A stretch of 64,000 bases of DNA, from assembly GCF_009914755.1 (NCBI RefSeq), contig NC_060935.1. One strand, 5' to 3'. A program made the position numbers and the translations under genes. This DNA is from the human T2T-CHM13v2.0 reference genome, Homo sapiens. The notes under the pieces were generated by a model, which saw only the letters and a program-made list of their open reading frames with translations, searched no databases and had not been told where the DNA came from. How positions within the stretch are numbered: position 1 is the first letter of the stretch; every line of letters starts with the position of its first letter. Below, piece after piece: positions 40,001 through 53,950 of the stretch.

Positions 40001-43000
40001 GCTCTAATCTTTATTATTTCTTCTACTAGTTTTCGGTTTGGTTTGCTCTTGCTTTTTAACTTCTTTAAGACGCATTGATAGATTATTTACCTGAAGTTTT
40101 TCTTTTTTGTTTTATGTAGACACTTATTGCTATAAATTTTCCTCTTAGTACTGCTTTTGCTGTAACCCATAGGTTTTGGTATGTTGTGTTTCCATTATAG
40201 TTTGTACCAAGAAATTTTCCAACTTCCTTCTTAATTTCCTCCATGACTCACTGGTCATTCAGGAGCATACTGTTTAACTTCTATGTGTTTGTACAGTGTC
40301 CAAAATTCCTCTTGTTATTGAGTTCTAGTTTTATTCCATTGTAATCAGAGAAGATGCTTAATATTATTTTAATTTTTTTGAATATTTAATACTTGTTTTG
40401 TGACCTAACATATGGTCTATCATTGAGAATCATCCATGTGGCGAGGAGAATGTGTATTCTGCAGCTGTTGGATGAAATGTTCTGTGGACATTTTTTAGGT
40501 TAATTTGTCCTATACTGCATATTAAGTCTGATTTTCTTTCCTAATTGATTTTCAGTCTGGGAGATCTGTCCAAAGCTGAAAATGGGATGTTGAAGTATCC
40601 AGCTTTTATTATATTGAGGTCCTTCTCTTTCTTTAGCTCTAATATTTGCTTTATATATATGCAGACTCAAGTGTTGTGTGCATATATATTTACAATTGTT
40701 ATATCTTCTTGCTGACTTGACTTTTTAAATTATATAATGACCTTTCTTGTCTCTTACAATATTTGTCTTGAAATGTATATTGCGTTATATAAGTATAGCA
40801 ACTCATTAGATTTTCTGGTTTCCCTTGGCATTTAATATCTTTTTCCATTCCTTTATTTTCAGTCTATAAGTATCCTTAAAAGTGAAGTGTGTTTCTTATA
40901 AGCAACCGATCACTGAGTCATGTTTTTTTAATACATTTTTAATATTCTATGTCTTTATATTGGAGAGTTTAGTCCATTTACATTCAATGTTACTATTGAT
41001 ACATTGGGACTTACTCCCTCCTGTCATTTAGTTATTTGTTTTATGGTTGTTTTTTGGTCTTCTCTTCCTTCCTTCTTTCCTTCCTCCCTATTGTCCTTTA
41101 GTAAAAGTGATTTTCTCTGCTGGTATACTTTAATCTCTTGTCTTTTATTTTTTCGGCTACCTGTTGTATTTTATAATGCACTATTTTAAACTGATTATAA
41201 TTTAACATTGATTGCATAACAAACACACAAAAGAAAACTCATGAATACTCTACACTTTAACCTCTTCCCCCTGCTTTCATCTTTTTCTCATTTCTCTTTA
41301 TGTCTTTTCATACTAAGTCTTATTTCTTTTCTCTTGCTGCTTTTGAGATGCTTTCCTTATCCTTGACCTTGGGAGTTTTGATTATTAAATGTCTTTAGGT
41401 AGTCATCTTTGGGTTAATGCTTGGTGTTTTATAACCTTTTTGTTTTTGCATATGCATTTTTTTCTCTAGGTTTTGGAATTTCTCTGTTATTATTCCTTTG
41501 AATAATTTTTCTGCCCCATGTCTCTTTCTCTACCTCATTTTTTAAGGCCAATAATCTTATATTTGCCTTTTTGAGGCTATTTTCTAGGTCTTGTAGGCCT
41601 TCTTTATTCATTTTTATTCATTTTTCTTCTGTCTCCTCTGACAGTGTGTTTTCAAATAGTCTGTCTTCAAGCTCACCAATACTTTCTTCCCTTTGACCAA
41701 TTCTGCCATTAAGAGACTCAGGTGCATTCTTCAGTATGTCAATTGAATTTTTCAACTCTAGAATTTCTGCTTGATTCTTTTCAATTATCTAAATGTTTTT
41801 GTTAAATTTATCTCATCGAATTCTGAATGCCTTCTCTGTGTTATCTTGAATGTCTTTGAGTTTCCTCAAAACAGCTATTTTGAATTCTCTCTTTGAAAGG
41901 GCTCTATTATAAACAGATGGTGAAGCCAGCCATGTTTGTGTCCTTCCCTTCAGAGTAATGAGTTGCCCCACATCCCTAGAAGATCCAAACAGGCTGTCTG
42001 GGAGCCAGGGATTGGATTCCAAAACGTTATAAATTTACCTGATATTCTATTCTATTGTGGCTAAACTGTCACTGAAACCACAATACAAAGTCCTTCTCTC
42101 TCTTTCCTCCCCTTTCCACAGGCAGAGGCTCCTCTCTCTGTGGCCACCACTACATTCAATCCATGGTGGGTTCTGCCATGCCACTGCAAACATTCACTTA
42201 AAGCCCAAGTGCTCTTCACTCAGCTTATGGTGAATGCTGCCAGGCCTGGGACTCAGCCTTCAGGGCAGGGAAGGTCCAGAAATGCTGTCCAAGAGCCTAG
42301 GCCTGGATTTGGGGAAACTGAGAGACCATTTGTTGCTCTACCCCACTGTGGCCAAATTGGGACCTAAGGTGCTATACAAAAGTCCCCTTTACTTTTCCCT
42401 CTGCTTTTCTCAAACAGAAGAGGTATCTCCCTGTAGCCATAACAGCTAGGAATGTGCTGGGTCACACCAGAAGCCAGCACATCTTAGAGTCTAGGCTTAT
42501 GGCATACTACCTGGGTATTGCTGCTGGCTTTTTAAAAAGGGCCCAAGGTCTTTTTATTCAGCAGATGATTAACTCTGCCAGAACTTCATTCTTCCCTTCA
42601 GGGCAGTGGGTTCCCTTTTGGCCTAGTGTGTCTAGAAATGTTGTCTATGAGCTAGGGCTTGGAATGGGGTCCTCATGGCTCTGCCTAGTGCTATATCCTA
42701 CTGTGGCTGAGCTGGTATCTAAGATGAAAGAAAAAGGCCTCTTTACTCTTCACTTTATTCTCCTTAAGCAGAAGGAAGGAGTCACTTTCATTTCTGTGAG
42801 CTGCATGGCCTGGGGTTGGGGGAGGGGTGGCATAAGCACTCCCTTAGCCACCCCAGCTGGTGTCTTCCTAGGACACATTCTACCCTAGTCCACTGGCTCT
42901 TAGTCCAGGCCAGCACTAGGAGTTGCCTAGACTGTCCTTTCAAGTTTACCCAGGATCCCAGAGCACTTTGTCCTGTGGTGGCCAGGCTTGCCCAGAAACT

Positions 43001-43415
43001 CAAGTTCTGACTGCTGGGATGGGTATTTTCCCTCTAGCTGGGTCTGGTCCAAATGCTTCCTCCATGCGCGGGTGCTGGCTGAGCCCAGCACAACTTTGCT
43101 GTCTGCTGTGACAGGACAGCACTGAGTTCAATGTAAAGTCCCCTGTGTTCTCCCTCCCTCCCATGCACAGACTCTCCCCATGCTGCATGGCTGTTGCCAG
43201 CGGACAGGGAAGGGGTGGGATCCATGATTCTTGACTATCTCTCCTACCCTCTTCAATGCCTCTTTCAGTGATATAAAGTTACAACTAGGATACAGTGATT
43301 TCTCACTTTATTTTTGGGACTTGTGACCGTGCTTTTCTATATGCAGATTGTTATTAAAATTTGGTGTTCCTATGGAGGAGATGAACAGTGCTGTCATTTA
43401 TTCCATCATCTTGCT
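37035..43415 (-). mobile_element. Long decayed L1MA (L1MA2/3-like): 3' UTR, ORF2, ORF1 and 5' UTR remnants
   Basis: Minus-strand ORF fragments match L1 ORF2p ([37 protein letters not shown]) and ORF1p (LQDLENSLKKANIR, REFKIAVLRKL). More GC-rich 5' region at ~41900-43415. Confidence 0.92.
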
Positions 43416-45262
43416 CTCTCCTGTGTAACTTTTCTAGCATACAGATAGAATAATGTCACTCTACTGCTGAAAAACTATGTAATTGCACATAGCTTTAAGT
43501 TTTAATTTCTTAGCATGTTTACAGATAAAATGTGAAAAGACATTTTGATGTCATCATGAAAGTTTCATTCACAACAAAGTCTATGACTGTCAATCAATAG
43601 TTGCATTTTATTATTGGATATTTTGTTCATAGCTTCTTATGTGTCTAGTTTTCCTTACATGATTTCAGAATCTATTATTTTATATCTGTTCTCTAGTTGA
43701 ATACGTGAATATTGGCATTGCTTTATATTTGCCTAGACATAGGTATTACAATAAAAATTCAGAAAAGCCTTTTTAAACAAAACCTCAATATAATTATTCA
43801 AACATTGTATTAAACTGAAATATGCCTGCTTTGGTTAAAATCCAGAATCATAGAAATACTAGTCAGTTACCATGACTTTGGCTTACATTTAGCTCTAAAA
43901 TCAACTTTTATTGAAATACAGTGACTTTAATAAAAACAAAAATTGAGTGCAGTTTTGTGGCTGATCTCTTTCAAAGTGTAAGTAATTACCTTCAACGTGC
44001 TGAAACCAGATCACAGATTTGGGTATCCCCAAATTTAGGCTTTTTAGGAGTCTAATAGTGGTACTTATTACAAGACATGTATTCTTGAATTTCCCACTCT
44101 CTCTCCCAATGTCAGGCACGTACCTAAAGCATCTGGTAAATATATACTGAATAAATTAATGCCTTACATTATATCCATATATAAAAATAGAGCCTTTGAG
44201 AATTTTAGACCCTGGCTAGAAAGTTCAGCCTAAAAAAAAGACTCTCAACCTTGACATAAGACCAGAATGAGTTGAAATTAGTTTAACTGGATTGGCTTTA
44301 TATGATAAAAATTCAAAACGGGCAGCCAACTTAATGTTAGCTTATCTTGAACTCTATTCCAGTTAGTTACAGTAGAATCAAAGATATCTTTGTTGTGCGA
44401 TGATTCTAACCTTAACTCATCACTACAGAAAAGACCATTCAAAATGGCACAGTGAAACTTCAGTGTGGACTTTAATCATTACATTACTATTACAATTTTG
44501 GTAATAGTATACAGGCATCTTGAGTGCCATATAGTAAACATATTGGAAGCACATTCAGTGCCTTACACCTATATTTTTAAGAGCAAAATGAACACATATG
44601 ATACAGAATGAATAAATTGGAATCTTTGCAGGCTTTAGAAGATCAAATAATGGTTTAAATGCACAGATGACATGATACAGGCTCTAATAAGCTTCATTTT
44701 TTCTGTAGCCAATTCAGTAAAATATTACTACATTAATTCCTCTTACTCATAATCACGAAGTTGAATACAAATTGAGAATACACTATTGAAATAGTTCCCT
44801 CAAAACAGAATTCCTAAACCTTTAGATTTACCATTTTCCTCTTTCTCCATAATTTTTTTCATCTCTTTAAAGAATGAATTTCACAGCAAGCAAGCATGTT
44901 CTTTTATGAATTATTTATAAACTAATTAAAATAGCATAAATCACAAATTTCTGATGGATACAGATGGGACTCTAGTGACAGTCCACCAGGAAGGACAGTT
45001 TTGACATGACCTTAAAGTGTACAGTAACTGCTATTTAGTAGAGCAGTTGAGAATTGTAATATTGTCTATTTTGTAGCTCAAATTGAACCAGCACCATGAT
45101 GATTAGCATATGTTAAAGCCACCCCTATTTTATTCTCTTGCACAGCAGAGCAGCTGTGCCCAGAAACTGATTTCTCATTGGGCTTTTGAAAGCAAAAACT
45201 CACAACAATAAAGTCAAAGCAGGCGTACTATGAAAACTGTTTTACCCATTATTATAGGAGAT

Positions 45263-45270
45263 ACACACAG

Positions 45271-45299
<29 letters not shown>
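45263..45299. repeat. (CA)n microsatellite
   Basis: Visible. Confidence 0.95.
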
Positions 45300-45304
<5 letters not shown>

Positions 45305-45821
45305 GTCTACATCTATGTCTATATAGTTTTTGCTGGTTGATTTTTTTGTTAACAAATTACTCAGCCTACCAAAGTCGGCCTGTAGGATTGTTTTTTTGTG
45401 CTTGGGCAGAGGCAGAAATTACAAGTGTTACTAAGTACCAGTGCCAGCTATTTGAGACAAAATAAAAAGTCCTGTCCGTGTTGAGTATCGGAGAGGAAAA
45501 AAGAAATAAAATGTATGCATAACGTTGTTGAAAGAATAGTGGCAGAGTGAATAGTATAAGGAGTAACAGAAGGTCAAAGTGGGAAATGAGAGTCAACCAA
45601 GAAAGTACAGAAAGCCGTAAATGACTTAGAAAGCCAAATGCAGAGGAGAAGGTCTTTCAGGCAACAGATAATGAACGGCCAGTGAAAGCATTGCCTATTA
45701 TTACCAGGATTCAAAAACATTGTTGAAAATTTCTTTATATAACAAAGTACTTGAAAACCAAAATAAAATAGAGGCTAAACCCTGTAAACTTCTTACATAT
45801 CTATTTTCAGACCCACCAGGA

Positions 45822-46262
45822 TTGTACTAGGTTTCTAAGCCTAACTTAACTAATTACTATGAATTTGGGGACATAAAACAACAGAAATTTATTGTCTTAC
45901 AGTTCAGCAGACCAGAAGTCCAAAATCAAGGTGTCAACAAGGTTGGTTGCCTCTGGAGCCTCTAAAGGAGAAGGCTTCCTTTTCTTCTCTCCTAAATTTT
46001 GATGGTTGCTGGCAATCCTGGGCATTCCTTGGCCTGTAGACAAAATCTCTGCATTCATTTTTGCATCACCTTTCTCTCTGGGACTGTGTGTCTTTTCTAT
46101 CTCTTATAAGGATACTCTCATTGGATTTAGAGCCCAATCAAATCCAGTATAATCTCATTTATTGCTTATCTTAATTACATATGCAAAGACCCTATTTCTG
46201 GATAAGGTCAAATTCTTATGTTCTAGGTGGGAGAGAATTTTGCGACACTATTCAGCACACTC
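45822..46262 (-). mobile_element. MaLR LTR (MLT1C-like)
   Basis: aaaacaacagaaatttattgtcttacagttc..ccagaagtccaaaatcaaggtgtc..tgcaaagaccctatttc. Confidence 0.85.
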
Positions 46263-46627
46263 AGTATGATTTCTTTCAAAGTTTAGAAACAGATCATTCA
46301 GTTATTTGTTAAGCCTTCTTAAAGAAAAAAAAGGCTTTGCTTTCATATTTAACAATCAAGAGCTATATAATATAGACTTGAATTATTATTTTTAATCAAG
46401 TGATAGAATGGCTATACAACTACCTGTATCAATACTATAAAACATTCTATGTGGCTCAGTCTAGAAAAACTAAATATATTAATATCTACTGAATCTATTT
46501 TGTTTCCATTCTTGATGAAAATTGTTCACAGAATTCTGTCTGTATATGTGGGGAGGTTACCTTTTCTATTAGATAGAAGGATGTCAATAAAATTGGTAGC
46601 CTTTGCCTTGGTATGATGCCCAAAAGC

Positions 46628-46692
46628 CCTGCTTTAACAAGTTCTCCAAGTGATTCTGGTGCTCACTAAAGTTTGAGAAGCACTGATCTAGA
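46628..46692. mobile_element. MER5A fragment
   Basis: tttaacaagttctccaagtgattctggtgctcactaaagtttgagaagcactg. Confidence 0.75.
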
Positions 46693-48389
46693 GTAACAAG
46701 TGATTTCACTTGTGTTACTCATTTATTTCTTGAAACAAGCCAGTAATTCAGGCATTAATATATTTTCTTCCTTACAGATCTAGAATAGAAGGCTCAGAGG
46801 TGAATCGACTCAAGTTAGGCAATTCACTGAGTCGATGGCAGAGTTAGATGGAAAATTTGTTCATGTCATTTAATATACTATTTACTCAGTTTCATGAACT
46901 AAAAATATGATAAGAATATAGAAACAATAACATGTAGTCCACAAACTTTACATAACCTGGAATATTTCTCACCTGTTTTTTTTCTTTTTTTTCAATTTTC
47001 TTTGTTCTCACGCTGGATGCAACATGGAAAGCCAAAATCCGTTTTCAGACACCAACATTGTCAGCTGCCAGGGCATTCTGACTGCCTCGGTGCTGTGCCT
47101 GCTGCTCTGTGCTCCAGTGAGTGAAGGCATTTGGCCTGACCTCCACAGGTGTATCACTTTCCCTTCTACAGGGAAATTCTCAGTTAAAGAGAAATGGCAG
47201 GTAAATTTAGATTTGGATGTTCAGATTTATGGCTCCTCCATGACTATTTCTCTGTCCTGTAAAAATGAGTGCTTTACATTCACCGGTAAGCCACACATGG
47301 AGGAAAGTTATTCTTATCCTAAGTGTAGCAAACAAACATCAAAATAACAGTCAACTTTTCAAATATTGCTCATTGCTAATCAGCAGGAACTGTGAATTAC
47401 AACTCACAGAGTAAACAGAATCTTAATTACTCCTTTCATCTTGCCTGCCAAGTGATGTCTCTCATCTAGAAAATGTAAAAAGAAATCATGAATTGAAAAT
47501 AAGAGGACTAATGAATTGATCAGATTATATAGATCAGAAAACAGAATATGTAATTGTGTAAAGAGAACACTCAGATCTCTTCCAGGCCCATTTTTAACTC
47601 AATGTATGACTTTTTAATCAATTGGGTATTTTCATATTTGCCAATTTAAGGTAGTGGGATAAATGTTGTCTTTCTCCTGTATTAGGACTCATAATATAGG
47701 AATGAAACTTGAGCATTCTGTCAAAAATATTCAGCCAAAATGTTTATATTTTGAGAAAGATTCCAGGTTAAAGTTGTTTCACAGAAATGATCTGAAAATC
47801 ACCATGTTGTTAAAGATATGTAAAGGGGCTATTTTACTATCCTGTTCAAGGGTGATAATCTGAACTGAACTGACAATGCTTAAAATAGTATTGCTCCTAA
47901 GACCGACTTCTCAAATCTAATAAGTTATGCAAAATCTGTACACTCTGAACAATGTAACCATTTATAAAGTCTTACTGTGGTGACTTTAACAATATTTAGT
48001 GATCATCAATAGTATACAAAGGTTTCGAGTGCAACCTTGACTTTTTTTCATAGTTGTTCAACTTCTTGGAGTAAGTGAGGTTTTATAATGCCACATTACA
48101 AAAACAATGCCAGCAAAGCAGATGTCCTGATAGAGGTGTTTCCTCAAGTTAACACCAAATGTTGCACATAGAACTTCTCAATGCATGCTGTCCTTGGTTA
48201 AAATAACATCTTCAAATTACAAGGCATAATTCAGCTTCTTAAATAAGAATTATGTATTTTTAACCTAAGTTTTGTTGCTTTCAAAAGAGTACTATAAAAC
48301 TTATAATACTCTGACATTACAAGGATTTAAAATGATAACCTTAAAGACTTTGGAGTTTATCTCAGAATGACTATGCTATGCAAAGTATG

Positions 48390-48572
48390 ATCTATTAGCC
48401 ATATGTGGCTATTTAAAATACACTTTAGTAAATCTGTCTTAAAAAATTAAATATTCAGTTTCTCAGTTGCAATAGTCACATTTTAAGTCCTCAATAGCCA
48501 CTTGTGCCTAGTGGCTACTGTAATGGATAGAATAGAAAACATTCCCATCACAAAAGAAAGTTCTACAGTGCT
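48390..48572. mobile_element. MER3-like hAT-Charlie MITE (within L2 remnants)
   Basis: tagccatatgtggctattta..ctcaatagccacttgtgcctagtggctac..cagtgctg. Confidence 0.75.
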
Positions 48573-48723
48573 GGTAAAGGTTCTTGAAATTTGGAAGCAA
48601 CTGCTTGATGTTGGGCAAAGGGATGCCATGAAATTTGTATTCAAGATAATTTGTTTGGGGTACAATGTGGAGAATGAATTTGTGGGCAGAGAAGACTAGA
48701 AGAGAGAATCCTAGGTGGTTCCT

Positions 48724-49190
48724 TGTATTAGGGTTATCTAGAGGGACAGAACCAACAGGATAGATGTATATATAAATGCATGTTTATTAAGAAGTATTGA
48801 CTCACACGATCACATGGCCACAATAAGTCATCTGCAAGCCGAGGAGCAAGGAAGCTAGTCTGAGTCCCAAAACCTCAAAAGTAAGGAAGGCAACAGTGCG
48901 GCTTTCAGTCTGTGGTCGAAAGTCCAAGAGTATCAAAGCTGAAGGACTTAAAGTCCAAAGTTTGAGGGCAGGAAGCATCCAGCATGGGAGAAAGATGTAG
49001 GCAGGAAGACTAGGCCAATCTAGTCTTTCCAGATTCCTCCATCTGCCTTTATCCTAGCCATGCTGGCAGCTGATTAGATGGTGCCCACCCAGATTGAGGG
49101 TGGGTCTGCCTCTCCCAGTTCACTGACGGAAATATTAATCTCTTTTGGCAGCACCCTCACAGAGACACCCAGAAACAAGACAATTAACTC
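48724..49190 (-). mobile_element. ERVL solo LTR MLT2A, 5' end partly deleted
   Basis: Reverse-strand homolog of 21527-22063 (tctagagggacagaac, gagggtgggtctgcctctcccagt). Confidence 0.9.
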
Positions 49191-49516
49191 CCTAGATACC
49201 TTTGCTTTGTTGAAGTATATCAAAGAGTAAGAAAAATTTAAAACCCATAAATATTTTGAGTAAGAAATTATTTAATATGATTGAATAGAAACGGATATAA
49301 TCAATGGTAAGGTGGAAGGGGAAAAGGGAGAGGAAAAGAGCTTTTGGGAAATCTGATAACACAGAGAGTTCAGAGATGCCACTACAGGGGTTCTACCTGC
49401 ATGAAGCTCAGAGCAGACTATTTCCAACTCTTTTTGGTGCTGCTGAAAACCAACAATAATTTGAGTTACCTGATCACAGCAGCTGCTAGTAAGTAATGTT
49501 TTCTTCAGTTCCTGCC

Positions 49517-49683
49517 TGTATTAGTTGGCTTGGGCTGCTATAACATACCATAGACAAGGTGGCATAAAGACACATTTATTTCTCACAGTTGCAAAGGCTG
49601 GGAAGCCCAAGATCAAGGTGAAGTTTGATTCAGTTCCTTATGAGGACTTTCTCTCTGGTTTGCAGATGGCTGTCTTCTCACTG

Positions 49684-49727
<44 letters not shown>

Positions 49728-49857
49728 CCTCTTTTTATTAGGCCATTAATCCCATCAGGAGCGCAGCACCTTCACTACTTCATCTGACCCTAATTACCTC
49801 TCAAAGTTAGGACTTCAAAATATGAATTTCAGGGGAACACAAAGTCACTCCATAACA
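49517..49857 (-). mobile_element. MaLR LTR (MLT1A/MSTD-like) with (GA)n at 49686-49724
   Basis: tgtattagttggcttgggctgctataaca...ccaagatcaaggtg...ccataaca. Confidence 0.85.
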
Positions 49858-50124
49858 CTGTCTTTTCAATTTTGTATGAGTGTCCCTCACTGCTGGAATC
49901 TAACCAGAATCTTGTTGAGAAGGAAATCTGGAAAATTCCTTTATCAAGCATTCTACTCCTAAGGTATAGAGAAAAGCTTTCAAGGTCTGTGATGATACCG
50001 AGATTCAACTAATGATATATTTATGATATAGTTTGCTGCACTGAATAATTCAAATGCTTTCATCTTCTCTTATCCATATACAGTATCCAAAAAGCAGACC
50101 AGTAAGAATAACAATGGAAGGGTA

Positions 50125-52990
50125 CCTGATGTTACCACTTGATCACATGTTGTACTAGAGATTTTTGCCATTTCAATAAGGCAAGATAAAAATATAGGGT
50201 ATTCAAATTGCAAAGAATGAAATAACTACTTCTATTTGCAGACCCATGATAATCTCAGGAGAAAATCTTTAGGAATATACAAAACAACTTTTACAATTAA
50301 TAAGCAAATATAACAAGGTCACAGAATATATATTAATCGAAAACACTAGTTGTATTATAATAATGTCATTCAAAATAGCATTTTAAAAACCATAAAATAT
50401 TTAGAAATTAATTAAACAAAGCACATACCAGATCATGTTTTTGCTTTTTGTTTTGTTTTCCTGATGTTTTGTAAATAAAGTTTTATTAGAACACAACCAC
50501 ATACTTTTTTTTAAATTTAACTTTTATTTTAAATTCAGGGGGTACATGTGCAAGTTTGCTATATAGGTAAACCTGTGTCATGGGAGTTTGTTGGCCAGAT
50601 CATTTCACCACCCAGGTATTAAGCCTAGTACCCATTAGTTATTTTACCTGATCCTTTCCCTCCTCCTGCCCTCCAACCTCCAGGAGGCCCTAGTATGTGT
50701 TGTTACTCTCTATATGTCCATGTGTTCTCATCATTTAGCTCCGACTTATAAGTGAGAGCATGTGGTGTTTGGTTTTCTGTCCCTGCATTAGTTAGCTAAG
50801 GATAATGGCCTTTAGCTCCATCTATGTCCCTGCAAAGGATGTGATCTTGTTCTGTTTCACAGCTGCATAGTATTCCATGATGTATATGTACCACATTTTC
50901 TTTATCCAGTCTATCATTGTGGGTATTTAGGCTGATTCCATGTCTTTGCTATTGTGAATATTGCTGCAATGAATGTATGTGTGCATGTGTCTTTATAGTA
51001 AAGCAATTTGTATTCCTCTGAGTATATACCCAATAATGGGATTGCTGGGTCAAGTGGTTTCTGTTTTGGGTTTTTGAGGAATTGCCACACTGTCTTCCAC
51101 AATGGCTGAACTAATTTACACTCTCATCAACAGTGTATAAGTGTTCTTTTTTTTCTCTGCAGCCTTGTCAGCAACTACTATTTTTTGCTTTTTTAATAAT
51201 AGCCATTCTGACTGGTGTGAGATGGTATTTCATTGTGGTTTTGATTTGCATTTCTCTAACCAGATCTTGTTCTTTTAAAACTGCAGAGTATTTCTGACAG
51301 AACATTTTTAAACAATACTTAAGGAAGATATACATTATATTTATGAATTAGAAGAACTCAATATTATTAAGATGTTACATCTTTTCAAATTGATCTGGAA
51401 AGTCAAAGCAGCCATGATCAAAATTTGTTTGCATTAAAAAAATGAATCTAACAACTTGATTACAATTTATACAGAAATGTAAATGACCAAGGAGTGCAAA
51501 AGCAATTTTTGAAAGGAAGAGCAAAGTTACAGGACTTATATTTGAATTTTTGTTTGAATAATTATTTTAAAATTAATTAAGAGAGCATGGTAATGACAAT
51601 GAGGTAGACATACATCACTGAAACAGAATAAACAATCCAGGTATAGATACACACACACCTAGACAAATGTTGACAAAGGTTCCAAAGCAATTCAGTGTGG
51701 AAAAGAGAGATTTTTTTTTCTAAAAGCATTGCTAGAAAAACTAAATATGCATATGGAAATAAACATGAAAATAAAATTATCCCTCACTCCATACACAGAA
51801 TATAATTTAAAATGGATCAAATATCTTAAGTAAAAAGGTAAAACTATTATGCTTCTAAAAGAAAACATTGAAAAATATCTTGGAAAGCTTGGAACGGGCA
51901 AATATTTTGAGTCCTTAGGAAATAAGCACTAATCATAACAAAATTGGTGAACTGGACTTAATAAAAGTTTAAAATATTTGTTGCTCAGAAGACATATTAA
52001 GAAACAATGAAAGGCACAGAAGATGAGAAAATATTCAAAATACACATATCTAACAAAGGGCATATACCTTAAGTATATAAAGAACACTAACAATAATAAG
52101 AGCATAAACACCCCAACACTAAAGTAGGCATAAAATTTTAACAAATAAGTAACTATAAAAATATATAGGAGTGGCTAATTGTATATGAAACAAAAAATTT
52201 TCTGCCATTAGGAGAATATGAATTAAAACCATGAAACCACAATGACATACCACTTAACAGCTATTAAAATTTTTAAAAAATGATGAAAGAAAAGAAATTA
52301 AAAACACTTGACTATACCAAGTGTTGATGATGTTGTATAACAATCGTAACTCACAATGCTTGTGGGAACGTGAAATGGTACAATCATTTTGGAAACTTGG
52401 TTAACAGTTTCCTCAAAAGTTCAACCTAAACCCACCGTAGGATGGAGACATTTTATTCCTGGATACTAAACAAACACATATTGCTGCGTAACAAATTATG
52501 CAAAAAGTTGATGGTAGCTTTATTCATGGTAGCAAAACAGTGGGAAATGAGCCAAATGCCCATCAACAGATAAATTGATGAACAAATTGTGGTATACTCA
52601 GAAGATGGAATTTTACTCAGAAATAAAAACGACTAACTACTGACACACAGAGTAACATGGTTAACTCTCAAAATTATTGTGTTGAGTAAAAGAAACTAGA
52701 CACACAAAATACATATTAAATGGTTACATTTATAGAAGTTTCTAGAAAATGCAAATTAAAGTATACCAGCAAAAAGCAGATAAATGGTTGTCTGGCAGTG
52801 GAAAGAGGGAGGAATAGACTACAAATGGGCATGAGAAGTATTTTGGTTGTAATTTTTAAAAACGTTTTGGCTACAGGGTATGTAATTACAGTTTCATGGG
52901 TATATACAACTGTGAAAATAGATCAAATTCTACATTTTAAATGGATGCTGTTTGATTTATATATACTGTTCCTCACTTAAGTTAAAGAAA
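50125..52990 (+). mobile_element. Old L1M (L1ME-like) ORF2 and 3' UTR, split by a younger antisense L1
   Basis: Degenerate ORF2 motifs on both sides of 50427-51271. 3' UTR motifs caaatgcccatcaacag and gtggtatactca..atggaattttactcag. Confidence 0.75.
50505..51258 (-). mobile_element. 5'-truncated L1 (older L1PA type) with 3' transduction
   Basis: ORF 50914-51102(-) WKTVWQFLK..DPAIPLLGIY is the ORF2p C-terminus. TSD accagatcatgtt / accagatcttgtt. Confidence 0.93.
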
Positions 52991-53207
52991 AAGCCATATT
53001 TTATCTCAGCCTAACATAATGCTACTGTTCCTTGAAAAAAAATGCGTTTTCTCACATAAAAGGCAAGCACAGTCTTCTGTAAGTCATTCTAGAAGTCTCT
53101 GTGTGATATTCATTACTTCACTAGATTAATCACAATTCTGCTTAAAATCCTTAGCTTAAAAACTGAATTAGGGGCTTAACCAACACTAGAATATCTTACA
53201 TAAAATA

Positions 53208-53621
53208 CAGGTGACCCTTGAACAACATAGGTTTAAACTGTGTAGGTCCACTTATATTTTATTTTGCCTCTGCCGCCCCTGAGGTGTCAACACCAACCCG
53301 TCCTCTTCCTTCCCTTCTTCAGCCTACTCAGTGTGAAGGTAACAAGTGTGAAGCTCTTTATGATGATTCACTTCCACTTAATGAATAATAAATATATTTT
53401 TCTTTATAATTGTCTTAACAACATTTTTCCCTAGCTTACTTTATTGTAAGAATACAGTATATAATATCTATAAAATGCAAAATATGTGTTAATTGACTGT
53501 TTATGTTAACAGTAAGGCTTCTGGTCAACAGTAGGCTTTGAAAAGTTAAATGTTATACAGAAATTTCGACTGCACAGGAGGTCTGGCACACCTACCCACT
53601 GTGTTGTTCAAGGGTCAATTG
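53208..53621 (+). mobile_element. Tigger2a (MER28) non-autonomous DNA transposon, complete
   Basis: TIRs caggtgacccttgaacaaca ... tgttgttcaagggtcaattg, flanked by TA on both sides. Confidence 0.92.
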
Positions 53622-53747
53622 TAACAGGGAAAGAAGATGAGAAGGGAATTGGTTGGTACATTCAATAATAACCAAGCAAGGAAGAAAACTGCCTACCTTC
53701 CACAGTAGTCATGTCTGCATTTGGATATATGGCCATAGTTGATATTT

Positions 53748-53750
<3 letters not shown>

Positions 53751-53792
<42 letters not shown>
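53751..53792. repeat. (TG)n microsatellite
   Basis: About 21 perfect units. Confidence 0.97.
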
Positions 53793-53795
<3 letters not shown>

Positions 53796-53950
53796 TTTTC
53801 CTTTTACTATCCAAACCCAATATTCCCTTTGCTTTCAATTAGCTATCAGGCTGGTTGAAGTCTTTTCTTAGGGGAGATAGTCTAACTTTCATTCTGGAAA
53901 GGTCTGAAGGTCTGAGCCATTAGTAGTCCTGCTTTATCAGGCTGTTATAA

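Noticed and set aside
42140-43225. Cluster of overlapping ORFs up to 144 aa in a GC-richer patch
   Set aside because: Decayed L1M 5' UTR; fewer stops because of higher GC. CpG-poor, so not a CpG island.
47024-47347. 107-aa ATG ORF in non-repeat DNA with nearby splice-like sites
   Set aside because: No recognisable protein similarity; length compatible with chance; splice signals only moderate.
21527-49190. Oppositely oriented MLT2A pair as a large inverted repeat or provirus
   Set aside because: Independent diverged solo LTRs. Proviral LTRs would be direct repeats with ERV internal sequence between them.
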